In this document: positions 49,674 to 58,994 of the stretch, in pieces | Layout: each line of letters starts with the position of its first letter | Numbering within the stretch: the first letter of the stretch is position 1 | Sequence record: OZ035790.1 | Source of the DNA: Felixounavirus LF110P4 | Strand: one strand, 5' to 3' | Length of the DNA stretch: 64,000 bases | Translations under genes and position numbers: made by a program | The notes under the pieces: model-generated | Seen by the model: the letters and a program-made list of their open reading frames with translations, nothing else | Databases searched by the model: none | Told to the model about the DNA's origin: nothing

Positions 49674-50207
49674 CTATAATTGTAGGTTGCATTCTTTACT
49701 TACCTCTTCAAGTTTAACCTCAGAGTCCTTAAGTCGTTTCTTATGAACTCTGAACCTCATTAGTGAGATGATGATACCAGCTAAAGGAACAGCATACAAG
49801 TACCAAACATCATGTACCTTTGCAGTAATCTGTGTAATGGTCAAGTCTTGAGCTATGTAGCTGATTGACGATACGGCTATCAATGTTGCTAAGAAGAACA
49901 CTAGTATCATAACAATATTCAGACAACCTCTGGCATGGTATTCATGCTTAATGCACTTGTTCTTTTCGTCAACAACCCTGTTGTAGTCGTTTGTAAAGTC
50001 TCTGTAGAAAGCTTTCAAGTATTCTTGACTGTATCCCTCAAAGCAACCTGTACCGTACCAATAATCACCACCAAAATGTGCTATGATACCGGTATCTCCA
50101 TTCGGTTTGGTTACTCTAAGAGAAGTATGATGACCAGTCTTCTGGTAATCTATTTTGTATCTTTCTTCGTAAATCATTTCCCAACCCCTCTCAATCGTTT
50201 GTTCCAC
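49674..50207 (-). CDS. membrane protein (holin candidate?)
   Basis: Two hydrophobic helices in C-terminal half followed by charged tail; holin role is speculative. Confidence 0.35.
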   Translation of the reverse strand: MEQTIERGWEMIYEERYKIDYQKTGHHTSLRVTKPNGDTGIIAHFGGDYWYGTGCFEGYSQEYLKAFYRDFTNDYNRVVDEKNKCIKHEYHARGCLNIVMILVFFLATLIAVSSISYIAQDLTITQITAKVHDVWYLYAVPLAGIIISLMRFRVHKKRLKDSEVKLEEVSKECNLQL

Positions 50208-50392
50208 TCAAGGTCAACAAGTCTTTGCAGGACTTTCCCTCTAGGTGTTACACCTTTTAAATCTGCATCGTAACAACGGTAAAAGTCACCTTCAGCGTGT
50301 TTACCATAGCATTTTCTGATACTCTGGCTTCTGCGATACTGCTCTAACAGGGATAGTTTGTAGTAATCTTCAACTGTAGTTAACTTTTTCAT
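50174..50392 (-). CDS. hypothetical protein
   Basis: 72 aa ORF. Confidence 0.35.
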   Translation of the reverse strand: MKKLTTVEDYYKLSLLEQYRRSQSIRKCYGKHAEGDFYRCYDADLKGVTPRGKVLQRLVDLEWNKRLRGVGK

Positions 50393-50934
50393 TCTTTCAC
50401 CATAGCGTTTCTGAACTGTCGTTGTGTTTCTCTTGTAATTTCGTTTGGAGTAAACCCTGCTTTTAGCATATCTCTGAAAAGAACTTCTAAATGGTTCCTT
50501 TCAATGGTGTAAATGGCATTCTGAATAGCTGTTTTGCGCTCCTTCAGGTCGCTGCTAATCTCTTCGCACTTGCTGGCAAGTTCTGTGTCAACTTTCTTAT
50601 AGACTGGCATAACATGTGCGTAGCAACCTTTATTAGTCTCCATGAAAAATTTAAAAGATTCTTCAGAGTCCTTTAGAGCAATTCCTATAAAGTTTTTGTA
50701 AGCACCTGTGAAAGATAAGGAATCAATCTCAGCAGTTGAGTATACAGTCCCTGCACATAGTCTTGCAGAAGTACTAAATGTGTGGTTTGGTGTTGTGTCA
50801 AAGTCTAAGTTCTTCAGTGGTCGGAAATATACTGTACCATTGTGCGAGATGTGTGTTACAACAGCCTCAACACTCTTTGAAGGATTCTGTTTAACATACA
50901 AAATAATTTTATCGTGTTCTTTCACTTTAGCCAT
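50389..50934 (-). CDS. hypothetical protein
   Basis: 181 aa ORF. Confidence 0.45.
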   Translation of the reverse strand: MAKVKEHDKIILYVKQNPSKSVEAVVTHISHNGTVYFRPLKNLDFDTTPNHTFSTSARLCAGTVYSTAEIDSLSFTGAYKNFIGIALKDSEESFKFFMETNKGCYAHVMPVYKKVDTELASKCEEISSDLKERKTAIQNAIYTIERNHLEVLFRDMLKAGFTPNEITRETQRQFRNAMVKE

Positions 50935-51006
50935 ATCTATTCTCCAGAAACTAAAAAGGGAACTACCTCTCGATAGCTCCCATCATAAGCAATATTGTAT
51001 ACTCGG

Positions 51007-51588
51007 TCAAGAGTATTTTTTAGGCAGCAATGCACTGCGCTTGTTACTCTCTTCACTCAATAGTGCAATGAAATCATCACTTTTACCTTTCCACGGGCTG
51101 AATGAAGGGATATGTTCGCGGATAGCCTCAATCACTGTTTTAAGTGCTGTGTTCTTCATCCACCAATCAGAATCTGCTGATGCTACCACGTAGTATCCAC
51201 CGTCATCAGTTAAAATTGGCTCTGAAATACATGGAGAAATCAAAGTGGTGATGATTGAACCATTGTTCATGTAGTATGTACGCTTCATAACCTTTTCAAG
51301 AAGCTTGTGAAGGTCACCAAACAGTGTTACAAGTTCTTTGTGGTCAATGTCTTTTTCGAGGTTTGCTCGATACTTCAATAGTGCAGCATCAACCTCTCTG
51401 TCATTGAACTTGAAATATTGAACCTCTTCAACAAGGCAAACACTGATATTGTTGACATTCATAGTCAACTTGCAAACTTTTGCAGGAGAGTTGATACTTG
51501 GTTGAAAAAGTGCAATACACCCTTCAATATTTCCAAAATGTTGTACCAGTGTTACTTGTGGAGTAATATTCTGTTGCTCTTCGGACAT
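51007..51588 (-). CDS. hypothetical protein
   Basis: 193 aa ORF. Confidence 0.45.
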   Translation of the reverse strand: MSEEQQNITPQVTLVQHFGNIEGCIALFQPSINSPAKVCKLTMNVNNISVCLVEEVQYFKFNDREVDAALLKYRANLEKDIDHKELVTLFGDLHKLLEKVMKRTYYMNNGSIITTLISPCISEPILTDDGGYYVVASADSDWWMKNTALKTVIEAIREHIPSFSPWKGKSDDFIALLSEESNKRSALLPKKYS

Positions 51589-51932
51589 TACAGTTTCCTC
51601 ATTAAATACTTTTTAAGTTGTGTGTTAGGTTTCTCAAAAACTTCTATAGAAGATATCTTGACAGATTCACCTCGCATACCAGTATGTTTGAATATGTAAT
51701 ACTCTAACATCCCTATGTACTTTGCTGGTAAGTCATGCTTGACATACACCGTTACAGAATCTTCAAATTCGACAACCTTCGTACCATCTTTGTAGTTAAA
51801 CTCTTTAGGATGGTTGTAGTTATCTATGTCGTACATTAAAAAGAGTCTTTTACGTTGTAAGTCAAGCTTATTTGTTAAAGACTCTTTGATATCTGAGAAG
51901 TTTTTGTAAACTGTGACATGGAGCTTACTCAT
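51588..51932 (-). CDS. hypothetical protein
   Basis: 114 aa ORF. Confidence 0.4.
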   Translation of the reverse strand: MSKLHVTVYKNFSDIKESLTNKLDLQRKRLFLMYDIDNYNHPKEFNYKDGTKVVEFEDSVTVYVKHDLPAKYIGMLEYYIFKHTGMRGESVKISSIEVFEKPNTQLKKYLMRKL

Positions 51933-52218
51933 CGTTAAACTCTCTGACGAAGAAATAGTTGACTTTATTATTACCTACCATAAGGTCAAAGCAGGTATTC
52001 TCAAAAGGTTTGTTGTAGGCATCATATGAAACGTATGGGTCAGATACTTGCTTAGTACTTAACTTCTTACTTGATGGGTTTAAGAGGCCACCATACAGCT
52101 TCTTGATAGCCTCTTCTACAACAGACCAGATAATTTCGTCAGTAATTTCTTCGTACAGGTCAAGTTCACGCTCTAGTGAGAAGTCACAAATAGGGAAAAC
52201 AACCTGTACTTTACTCAT
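51925..52218 (-). CDS. hypothetical protein
   Basis: 97 aa ORF. Confidence 0.4.
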   Translation of the reverse strand: MSKVQVVFPICDFSLERELDLYEEITDEIIWSVVEEAIKKLYGGLLNPSSKKLSTKQVSDPYVSYDAYNKPFENTCFDLMVGNNKVNYFFVREFNDE

Positions 52219-52625
52219 TAACGAATAACCTGTGAGACTTGAATTGCTTCAGTTACTGACAAGTCACCTACTTTCTCTTCTTTGATAAAAGTGAAGGTGA
52301 GTTCAACAGGTTCTTGCTCTTCTTGCTCTTCTTGCTCAACTGGAACACCATTAAGCTCATCAAAGATTGATTGAGTTGTCCAGTCTTCTCCACCATCTGG
52401 ATAGTGGATTACGTAGAGAGGGAACTCTGTGTTAAACCAACCAAATACAGGGCAGCCATCTTCATCATCTCGCACCCGATGAAGGGTGCTTCCAGACCCT
52501 GTAAAACGAAGGAATAAATCTCCGTTGCACTTGAATATTACTGCGTCGGCAAAACCGATGTCTTCTCGACCATCATGACCAAATGTGTCAACCTTTACTT
52601 GAATATCTCTAACATCTTTATTCAT
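52218..52625 (-). CDS. hypothetical protein
   Basis: 135 aa ORF with QEEQEEQE tract. Confidence 0.4.
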   Translation of the reverse strand: MNKDVRDIQVKVDTFGHDGREDIGFADAVIFKCNGDLFLRFTGSGSTLHRVRDDEDGCPVFGWFNTEFPLYVIHYPDGGEDWTTQSIFDELNGVPVEQEEQEEQEPVELTFTFIKEEKVGDLSVTEAIQVSQVIR

Positions 52626-53016
52626 AAAAACCTCTCTCTGCTTGTTCGATTTTTGCTCTTAAGGTTTCGCAATGCTGTAGATGGTAGTTAGCTTCTTGTT
52701 CATGTGTTGCTAACTGCCTTTCCAGAACAGATTTATAGTAACCTGCAAGTTGCTCTTTTGTCAATGGGTGCTCTGAAATAATATCAAGTCCACTTTCACC
52801 AAGAGGGTTGAATTGTCCATGTTCGTTGACATTGTAAGTCTCAAACTTGAACAGGCCATTGTTCACAGACTCAATAGGTGACAACTCAACAAGCTCTACA
52901 GTAAACCGTGTATATACCTTGTCACCTCTTGAAACCACATTGTTCCCGACAATGCGTACAAGCGAGCCATTACGAGTGTACTTAAAAGTTCCAAAGTCAC
53001 TAGCCCAAAGTTTCAT
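52618..53016 (-). CDS. hypothetical protein
   Basis: 132 aa ORF. Confidence 0.4.
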   Translation of the reverse strand: MKLWASDFGTFKYTRNGSLVRIVGNNVVSRGDKVYTRFTVELVELSPIESVNNGLFKFETYNVNEHGQFNPLGESGLDIISEHPLTKEQLAGYYKSVLERQLATHEQEANYHLQHCETLRAKIEQAERGFYE

Positions 53017-53030
53017 AGTTTTCTCCTTAG

Positions 53031-53059
53031 AAAATAAAAAAGGCTCCCGAAGGAGCCTA
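53031..53059 (-). terminator. rho-independent terminator (minus strand)
   Basis: GGCTCCcgaaGGAGCC hairpin with A-run on plus strand (T-run on minus) just downstream of lysozyme stop. Confidence 0.55.
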
Positions 53060-53067
53060 TGAAGATA

Positions 53068-53532
53068 TTACTTTGGATATAGATTGTCAAGATAAATGGC
53101 AGCTTCCATTCTACGTCTGTTTTTCAGGCCGTTTGAAGTGACCTTCTTACCTTTGACTGTAACCTTGTTCCACCATTGCATAGCTTCTGCACAACCGACC
53201 TTATTACCATCGTTGTGGCGCTTGATAAATGTAGAGTCCTGCATAGCTGTGATGCCAATGTTGTATGTTTCACTTACAAGTGCATCAAACTCGTTCTGAG
53301 AAGTTGGAACCTTGATGGATTTGTTCACTGCTGCAACGAACTTTTCAACATCTGCGAGAAGATACTGTTCAGCTTGTTCAGCGGTAATCTTCATACCCAT
53401 CTTAACAGGTTTGCCAGCAATACGGATTGTCCCGTACCCAATTGTGGGGATTCCAGCAGAATCTTCGTAAGCCTCTAGCTTAAGACCTTCAAAGAACTTA
53501 ATAGCTTCTAAACCTTTTCTTGAGAGTTGCAT
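53068..53532 (-). CDS. endolysin, T4-type lysozyme (GH24)
   Basis: 154 aa; N-terminal FEGLKLEAYEDSAGIPTIGYG matches the catalytic Glu/Asp/Thr region of T4 lysozyme. Confidence 0.85.
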   Translation of the reverse strand: MQLSRKGLEAIKFFEGLKLEAYEDSAGIPTIGYGTIRIAGKPVKMGMKITAEQAEQYLLADVEKFVAAVNKSIKVPTSQNEFDALVSETYNIGITAMQDSTFIKRHNDGNKVGCAEAMQWWNKVTVKGKKVTSNGLKNRRRMEAAIYLDNLYPK

Positions 53533-54665
53533 TATGCCCCTCCTACTGGGTTAACTGTAACTGTTGCCGCATTAGATGTTACAGAGCCACCTGCGCCAGT
53601 AACTACACAGGTGTAGCTTCCTGTATCAGCAGCGGTTGCACCTTCTTTGGTGTAAGTTGCAGTAGTTGCATCGAGGATGTCTTCCTCACCTTTCTTCCAC
53701 TGGTAACCTGTTGCACCTGTTGCCACAACATTCAGCGTTAAGGTCTCGCCTTCAGTGATTTCTTGATTGGTTGGCTGTTGAGTGATTACCGGAAGTGCAT
53801 TCACAGTAACTGTTGCTGCGTTAGATGTGACAGAGCCACCAGCACCTGTTACAACGCAAGTATATGAACCTGCATCTGCTGGTAGTGCACCAGACTTGCT
53901 ATAGGCAGCCTCTGTAGCAGAAGGAATGTCAGAGCCATCTTTCTTCCACTGGTAATCCGTTGCACCAGTTGCAGTCACTTCCAAACTGATGTTTCCACCC
54001 TCATTGATGGTCTGGCTAGAAGGTTGCTGTGTAATCACAGGCAGTGCGTTGACAGTAACTGTTGCCGCATCTGAGGTAACGCTTGTACCAGCCTCTCCAG
54101 ACACAACACAAGTATAAGAACCAGCATCAGAAGGTTCTACAGACTGTTTTGTGTAGGTTGCAGATGTGGCACTAGTGATATCCTCACCATCCTTTTTCCA
54201 TTGATATCCAGTGGCATTATTTGCAATAACGCTTAGGGTAAGTGTACCACCTTCATTTACTGTTTGATTGGTTGGTTGCTGAGTGATTGATGGTGGCTTG
54301 ATAGCATCCTTCAACTTAGCATTCAACATTGAGAACGGTTTAACTCTTGCCAGCCATTCACAATAAACTGTATCAACATCTTTACCATTGATAATTGCAT
54401 ATTGTAAGTCCATGAAGAAGTCAGAAGTTCTCATTTGAGCACCAACGCTGTAAAGCAACTCATCGCTAAATGGAACTTTGTAGTCTGGTTTGTAGTCAAA
54501 CTTCTCAACTTCTGCAATATCAGCTTCAGGCCAATATGAACTATAGGTAAGTGGTAAAATAGCCTCCTGATATGTTCTAAAATCATATCTCTTACCAACC
54601 TTTACATTTGCAACGAAGCCCTTCACAAACTCTTTGAAGTCTGGGTAAGTCTTTGCTTTAATCAT
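53532..54665 (-). CDS. Ig-like domain repeat protein (virion decoration or adhesin candidate)
   Basis: Three tandem repeats of about 85 aa, each with QQPTNQ..NEGG..L.V..TGATGYQWKKDG...AGSYTCVV; N-terminal domain paralogous to ORF 54662-55033. Confidence 0.55.
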   Translation of the reverse strand: MIKAKTYPDFKEFVKGFVANVKVGKRYDFRTYQEAILPLTYSSYWPEADIAEVEKFDYKPDYKVPFSDELLYSVGAQMRTSDFFMDLQYAIINGKDVDTVYCEWLARVKPFSMLNAKLKDAIKPPSITQQPTNQTVNEGGTLTLSVIANNATGYQWKKDGEDITSATSATYTKQSVEPSDAGSYTCVVSGEAGTSVTSDAATVTVNALPVITQQPSSQTINEGGNISLEVTATGATDYQWKKDGSDIPSATEAAYSKSGALPADAGSYTCVVTGAGGSVTSNAATVTVNALPVITQQPTNQEITEGETLTLNVVATGATGYQWKKGEEDILDATTATYTKEGATAADTGSYTCVVTGAGGSVTSNAATVTVNPVGGA

Positions 54666-55033
54666 TTCTTTTTAGCCTCTAAATGTGCGTTTAGTCTAAA
54701 ATAACCTTTGTGATGCGGAGATACATCACCAACAACAATACCTTTAACCTTATAACCTTTACCAATTACATACTGGATATCCATAAGGAATCTTCCAAGT
54801 CCAACAATATGGAACATTGGATATAATAGGTTCTCAGAATCTGGAATATTGATTTCAGGTTTGTAGGTACGCTGTTCGCTTGTTGGTGTAATATCTTCTT
54901 CAGGCCATTTGCTGAGTCTCCATGTCAAAGGTGTTGGGATAACATCATTAAGGTTGTACCTTTCACCATTTTGCACGGAATTGATATAGGATTGTAGGAA
55001 GCAATAAAAGTCTTTTGCACTCTTAGCTTTCAT
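54662..55033 (-). CDS. hypothetical protein, paralog of N-terminal domain of Ig-like protein
   Basis: Shares K(A)KxxxDF...YxxxxxxxxPL(T)...WPExDI...KPxxxxPxSxxLLY...FxMDxQYxI with the 53532-54665 product. Confidence 0.45.
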   Translation of the reverse strand: MKAKSAKDFYCFLQSYINSVQNGERYNLNDVIPTPLTWRLSKWPEEDITPTSEQRTYKPEINIPDSENLLYPMFHIVGLGRFLMDIQYVIGKGYKVKGIVVGDVSPHHKGYFRLNAHLEAKKK

Positions 55034-55080
55034 TAAATATCCTTATAAATAGTTAAAGGGGCATCAGCCCCTATTCACAC

Positions 55081-55671
55081 TTAAGCTTTGGTCTTAAGTA
55101 GGTTCTTAAGTTTTTTAAGATTCATACTCTCATCAAACTTAAAACCAAATCCATTGACATAATCAATGAACTCGGATTTCTTACTGAGTGACAATGCGTA
55201 ACTCATATCAAAGTTCTTACTTGTTTCTGCGTCTGGACTAGAGTTCACATCAAATGAAATTTCTGTAGGTTCTTGCTTACTTTTTCTCATATTGTCAACC
55301 AACAAACATGTATAGTTTGCTGGATAGAAGTTTACACTACCATCAACGTAGCTGTACTTATTATTATGGATAAGGTTTGAAAATACCTTAAGGAATGTTT
55401 CTGAGTCGTGGCAAACAAGTTTGAATTGGCTGCTCTCTCCAAGCGCAACTAATGAGTACGGACTTTCACTATCAAAGTCATAATTTGGATTCGATGCCGT
55501 CACTGTTACACGCATCAAGTTATTAGCAATAGTCTTCTGTTTAAAAGAATTTTGAACATAGTGAAGACCTCTATCACACTGATTGACTAGCTCTTTAAGT
55601 AGGTCATTTGCATATGGTGAATTAATTGATACAGAGCCATCACTATTGTAATTAAAACTTACTGTTAACAT
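55081..55671 (-). CDS. hypothetical protein
   Basis: 196 aa ORF. Confidence 0.45.
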   Translation of the reverse strand: MLTVSFNYNSDGSVSINSPYANDLLKELVNQCDRGLHYVQNSFKQKTIANNLMRVTVTASNPNYDFDSESPYSLVALGESSQFKLVCHDSETFLKVFSNLIHNNKYSYVDGSVNFYPANYTCLLVDNMRKSKQEPTEISFDVNSSPDAETSKNFDMSYALSLSKKSEFIDYVNGFGFKFDESMNLKKLKNLLKTKA

Positions 55672-55898
55672 TTTTCAGTTCTCCTGCGATTTATAATTTT
55701 GCTGCAATAGAGAAACGAAGTAAACTCACTGGAAGAAACCATTAAGTGTTGTTCACTAGATTGAGCCATTGCCCTGAAATACATTCCAGTCAAAGCATCA
55801 TAGTGACTATTCTTTCCAATTGAGGTTATATAGCCATGACTCTTTGCAGTTTGATATAAATCTATAATATCTGCGATTTCTAATTGGGAACTACACAT
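55665..55898 (-). CDS. hypothetical protein
   Basis: 77 aa ORF. Confidence 0.35.
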   Translation of the reverse strand: MCSSQLEIADIIDLYQTAKSHGYITSIGKNSHYDALTGMYFRAMAQSSEQHLMVSSSEFTSFLYCSKIINRRRTEKC

Positions 55899-56062
55899 AG
55901 ATAATCCTCTTGTCTTCTGTAATTTTGAAAGAACAGGTACAGACCAATTTCAGAGGATGAATAGTAGATTAACTCTACCCTTTTTGATTCCTTACAGTGA
56001 TTGGTATTCTTACCTTTCTTCGGTTTATTTGATTTTCTCATTAAGTCTCCTTTGTAGAACAA
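55880..56062 (-). CDS. hypothetical protein
   Basis: 60 aa basic ORF, first in minus block. Confidence 0.3.
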   Translation of the reverse strand: MFYKGDLMRKSNKPKKGKNTNHCKESKRVELIYYSSSEIGLYLFFQNYRRQEDYLCVVPN

Positions 56063-56290
56063 GGCAGACCTACAGCTTTAAGTAAGATGGTACAGTAATC
56101 CATACAACAAGTCAAGAACTATTGCAAGTTAAAAAAGTTGTTGACAAAGTACTTGACAAGGTGTAGGCTTATAAATACTTAGAAGATAACTTAAAAGGTT
56201 CCTCTAAAAAGGCTATTTAAACAGATATCTTTCTGGATATCTATCTTTTATCTTAAAAGCCTTTTAAGAGGTCTTATAAGAGGCATACCA

Positions 56291-56662
56291 ATGAAAAACA
56301 GAACAAACAAAGGCCAGTTTAAAAAAGGCCAATCTGGAAACCCATCTGGAAGACCAAAAGGCTCTCGTAACAAAAGCTCACTTGTAAAAGCTCAACTGAC
56401 CATTGATAATTCTGCTGAGTTTGCTGCAAAATTATTTGAGGCGATTGTTACAAGAGATGCCGCTAAGCTTGCAGAGTTCGGGTTAAACACAGATGATGTA
56501 ACCATCAAGAGCATGATTGAGGTCGGTAAAACCATCTTTACTCACTCAGCAGGTGAGATGAAAGCACTTGCAGCAGACACTAAGAAAACCCCTGATAATG
56601 GTGGTCAGCCACAGACAGATAACAAACCAACGTTCTCTGCTGTAGCGACTCTCAAAAAATAA
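56291..56662 (+). CDS. hypothetical protein with conserved GNPSGRPKG motif
   Basis: 123 aa; N-terminal KKGQSGNPSGRPKGS Gly/Pro/Arg-rich motif. Confidence 0.45.
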   Translation: MKNRTNKGQFKKGQSGNPSGRPKGSRNKSSLVKAQLTIDNSAEFAAKLFEAIVTRDAAKLAEFGLNTDDVTIKSMIEVGKTIFTHSAGEMKALAADTKKTPDNGGQPQTDNKPTFSAVATLKK

Positions 56663-56743
56663 TTTTAAAAGGTGTTGACAGACTCTACAAAGTTGCTCTA
56701 AAGTCTGTCACATCAAACAACAAATGAGAGAAGAGAGTAAAGT

Positions 56744-58159
56744 ATGAGCGAATTATTTAAACATGCGCACCTTCATGCAGGTCGAACTGAAAATGGTGCT
56801 GTAAACCATACTTCATCAATGTCTGCTCTTGTGGACTTTTACAAAGCTGCTGGTTCCAGCCGTAGCAATGTAGAAATCTTACCAGACTTGTTCTACAAAG
56901 CTTTGCGTGAGGATGTTGATGTTGCAGTTCGTATTTTGCTTCACATGCGAGATGTACGAGAAGGTATGGGTGAGCGTAAAGCTTTCATAACTGTTTTACT
57001 TCAAGCAATCGAAGACAAAGTTTTAGAGCCTACGCAGGTTCTTCGCATTATGGATAAGATTGCAGAACTTGGTCGTTTTGATGACTTCAAAATCTTCGTA
57101 GGTACTCGTTTCGAGACAGATGCCTTCAAACATTTAGAAGCAGCATTACTAGACCCTGCAACAGCAGGTTTGGCGGCTAAGTGGTTACCACGAGTCAAAC
57201 CACGTCATAAGCAGTTTGTAAAACGTTTCTGCAAGTTTGCCAACTTGAGTGAGAAAGAGTACCGCACACTGTTGTCTGCACTATCTGATACAGTTGAGCA
57301 AAAAATCTCTGCTAATGAGTTTGGTAAGATTGACTACAGTAAGATTCCTTCACTTGCTGCTGCACGTTACCAAAAACTGTTTAACCGTAAAGATGGAGAG
57401 CGATACAAAGCTTACATTGAATCCTTATCAAAGGGTGAGGCTAAGATTAATGCTGGTGCTGTTTACCCATACGATGTGATTAAATCTGTCAAGCATGGTA
57501 ATGCAGATGTTGCTAATGAGCAGTGGAAAGCACTACCAAACTGGATGGCAGAAGGTGAAAACATCTTGTGTATGTCTGATGTATCAAGTTCAATGTCTTG
57601 GGTGAATTTTGGCTCCATTACTGCTCTGGATATTGGTGTATCACTTGCCTTGTATGTAGCAGAACGCAATACAGGTTGCTTTAAGAATGAGTTAATGGTT
57701 TATTCAACAAACCCTCACTTCATCGAACTGAGTGGTGATTTACGAAACCGTCATCGTCAGGTGATGCGACACGTTGAATATGGCTCAACTAACTTACAAG
57801 CAGCTTTTGACCGCATTCTTGAAACAGGTAAAAGAAACAACTTGACTCAGAAAGATATGCCAAGTAAGCTTATCATCTTCTCCGATATGGAGTTCAATCA
57901 GGTTGATGGAGCTAACGGTCGTACAAACTTTGAAGCAATCCATAGTAAGTACAAAAAAGCTGGATACGAAATGCCACAACTGGTATTCTGGTACTTAGCA
58001 AACCGTAATGGGACTTGCGAAGTATCTGTTAAGGATAACGGTGTAGCAATGGTATCTGGTTTCTCTCCAGCCACTTTAAAAGCTCTACTTGGTGGTGAGA
58101 AGTTTGACCCAATCAGCGTAATGCTCAAAGCAGTAATGATTGACCGTTATATCTGGTAA
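56744..58159 (+). CDS. vWA (MIDAS) domain protein, candidate Ro60/TROVE-like RNA-binding protein
   Basis: 471 aa; helical N-terminal region of about 280 aa, then vWA-like domain with MIDAS DxSxS motif (CMSDVSSSMS) and downstream LIIFSDMEF; located directly upstream of tRNA cluster. Confidence 0.4.
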   Translation: MSELFKHAHLHAGRTENGAVNHTSSMSALVDFYKAAGSSRSNVEILPDLFYKALREDVDVAVRILLHMRDVREGMGERKAFITVLLQAIEDKVLEPTQVLRIMDKIAELGRFDDFKIFVGTRFETDAFKHLEAALLDPATAGLAAKWLPRVKPRHKQFVKRFCKFANLSEKEYRTLLSALSDTVEQKISANEFGKIDYSKIPSLAAARYQKLFNRKDGERYKAYIESLSKGEAKINAGAVYPYDVIKSVKHGNADVANEQWKALPNWMAEGENILCMSDVSSSMSWVNFGSITALDIGVSLALYVAERNTGCFKNELMVYSTNPHFIELSGDLRNRHRQVMRHVEYGSTNLQAAFDRILETGKRNNLTQKDMPSKLIIFSDMEFNQVDGANGRTNFEAIHSKYKKAGYEMPQLVFWYLANRNGTCEVSVKDNGVAMVSGFSPATLKALLGGEKFDPISVMLKAVMIDRYIW

Positions 58160-58177
58160 AAAGTTTTAAAAAGGGTA

Positions 58178-58206
58178 TTGACAATGTGTTTAATACCCTT
58201 TAATAT
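58178..58206 (+). promoter_or_regulatory. sigma70-like promoter (TTGACA-17-TAATAT)
   Basis: Consensus hexamers upstream of tRNA cluster; overlaps inverted repeat AAGGGTATT...AATACCCTT. Confidence 0.55.
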
Positions 58207-58324
58207 GTTCTACATAGAAACGAAATGAGGGCTTTTCTAAGATACTGAAAAATATTTTAAAAAAGTTCTTGACAACCACTAAAAAATAATGTTAAAGTGG
58301 TTACATAGAGTTTGAAAAGTTTAT

Positions 58325-58401
58325 CTCTGTTTAGCTCAGCTTGGTAGAGCGTTCCGTTTGGGGCGGTAAGGCCGGAGGTTCAAGTCCTCCAACAGAGACC
58401 A
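58325..58401 (+). tRNA. tRNA-Pro (anticodon UGG)
   Basis: Manual cloverleaf: acceptor CTCTGTT/AACAGAG, T-arm GGAGGttcaagtCCTCC, anticodon loop TTTGGGG, CCA encoded. Confidence 0.6.
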
Positions 58402-58408
58402 AATTAAT

Positions 58409-58486
58409 GTTCCAGTAGACAAAATGGTAAAGTCACCACTCTTTCAAAGTGGATATTTGAGGGTTCAAATCCCTTCTGGAACGCCA
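58409..58486 (+). tRNA. tRNA-Glu (UUC)
   Basis: Acceptor GTTCCAG/CTGGAAC, anticodon stem CCACT/AGTGG, loop CTTTCAA, T-loop TTCAAAT. Confidence 0.6.
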
Positions 58487-58493
58487 GTTTTGA

Positions 58494-58565
58494 CAGAAGA
58501 CCAATTACAGCAAACTTAATCTACTCATCTGAAAGTTAATCGGACAAAGAAGATATTTGGTCTGG
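58494..58565 (+). ncRNA. candidate structured RNA element 1 (bulged closing stem CAGAAGACCAA/TTGGTCTGG)
   Basis: 5' CAGAAGACCAATTACAGCAA and 3' TTGGTCTGG inverted repeat; member of a 4-copy family with covarying stem. Confidence 0.35.
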
Positions 58566-58576
58566 TCATTAAGAAT

Positions 58577-58653
58577 TGCGGGTATAGAGAAAGGGCGTCT
58601 CACATGTCTCATTAGCATGGTATCGGCAGGTTCGACTCCTGCACCCGCCTCCA
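58577..58653 (+). tRNA. tRNA with CAU anticodon (Met/fMet/Ile2 type)
   Basis: T-arm GCAGGttcgactCCTGC, acceptor TGCGGGT/ACCCGCC with 1-72 mismatch, anticodon loop CTCATTA; structure partly irregular. Confidence 0.45.
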
Positions 58654-58659
58654 AATTTA

Positions 58660-58724
58660 CAGAAGACCGTTTACAGCAATATTTATTAAGTTTTTAGCGG
58701 AAAAAATTGAAAGATACGGTCTGG
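58660..58724 (+). ncRNA. candidate structured RNA element 2
   Basis: 5' CAGAAGACCGTTTACAGCAA and 3' ACGGTCTGG; stem covaries (CGT/ACG versus CAA/TTG) relative to element 1. Confidence 0.35.
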
Positions 58725-58737
58725 TAATACTAAACAT

Positions 58738-58814
58738 GGTTAGGAAGCACATAAGGTATGTGCGGTCGCCTGTTAAGCGAATGGCACAGGGTTCGAATCC
58801 CTGACTAACCGCCA
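58738..58814 (+). tRNA. tRNA-Asn (GUU)
   Basis: D-stem GCAC/GTGC, anticodon loop CTGTTAA, T-arm CAGGGttcgaatCCCTG, CCA encoded. Confidence 0.6.
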
Positions 58815-58823
58815 AATTTAAAT

Positions 58824-58911
58824 GTGTCGTTATCCCGTAGATGGTAGCGGTGGGGACTGTAAATCCCTTGTCATTGAGACTCGGTAGGTTCGACTCCTAC
58901 ACGGCACACCA
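58824..58911 (+). tRNA. tRNA-Tyr (GUA), class II
   Basis: 88 nt with long variable arm; anticodon stem-loop GGGGActgtaaaTCCCT; T-arm GTAGGttcgactCCTAC. Confidence 0.6.
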
Positions 58912-58916
58912 ATAAA

Positions 58917-58994
58917 GGTTATGTAGTTTAATTTGGTTAAAATACTCCCCTGTCACGGGAGATGATGAGGGTTCAAATCCCTTCGTAACCGCCA
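58917..58994 (+). tRNA. tRNA-Asp (GUC)
   Basis: Anticodon stem-loop CTCCCctgtcacGGGAG; T-loop TTCAAAT; CCA encoded. Confidence 0.65.

Noticed and set aside
56141-56176. Tandem TTGACA hexamers as a canonical sigma70 promoter for the 56291 operon
   Set aside because: No -10 hexamer at 16-18 bp spacing from either -35 candidate; kept only as part of the TTGACAAGG motif observation.
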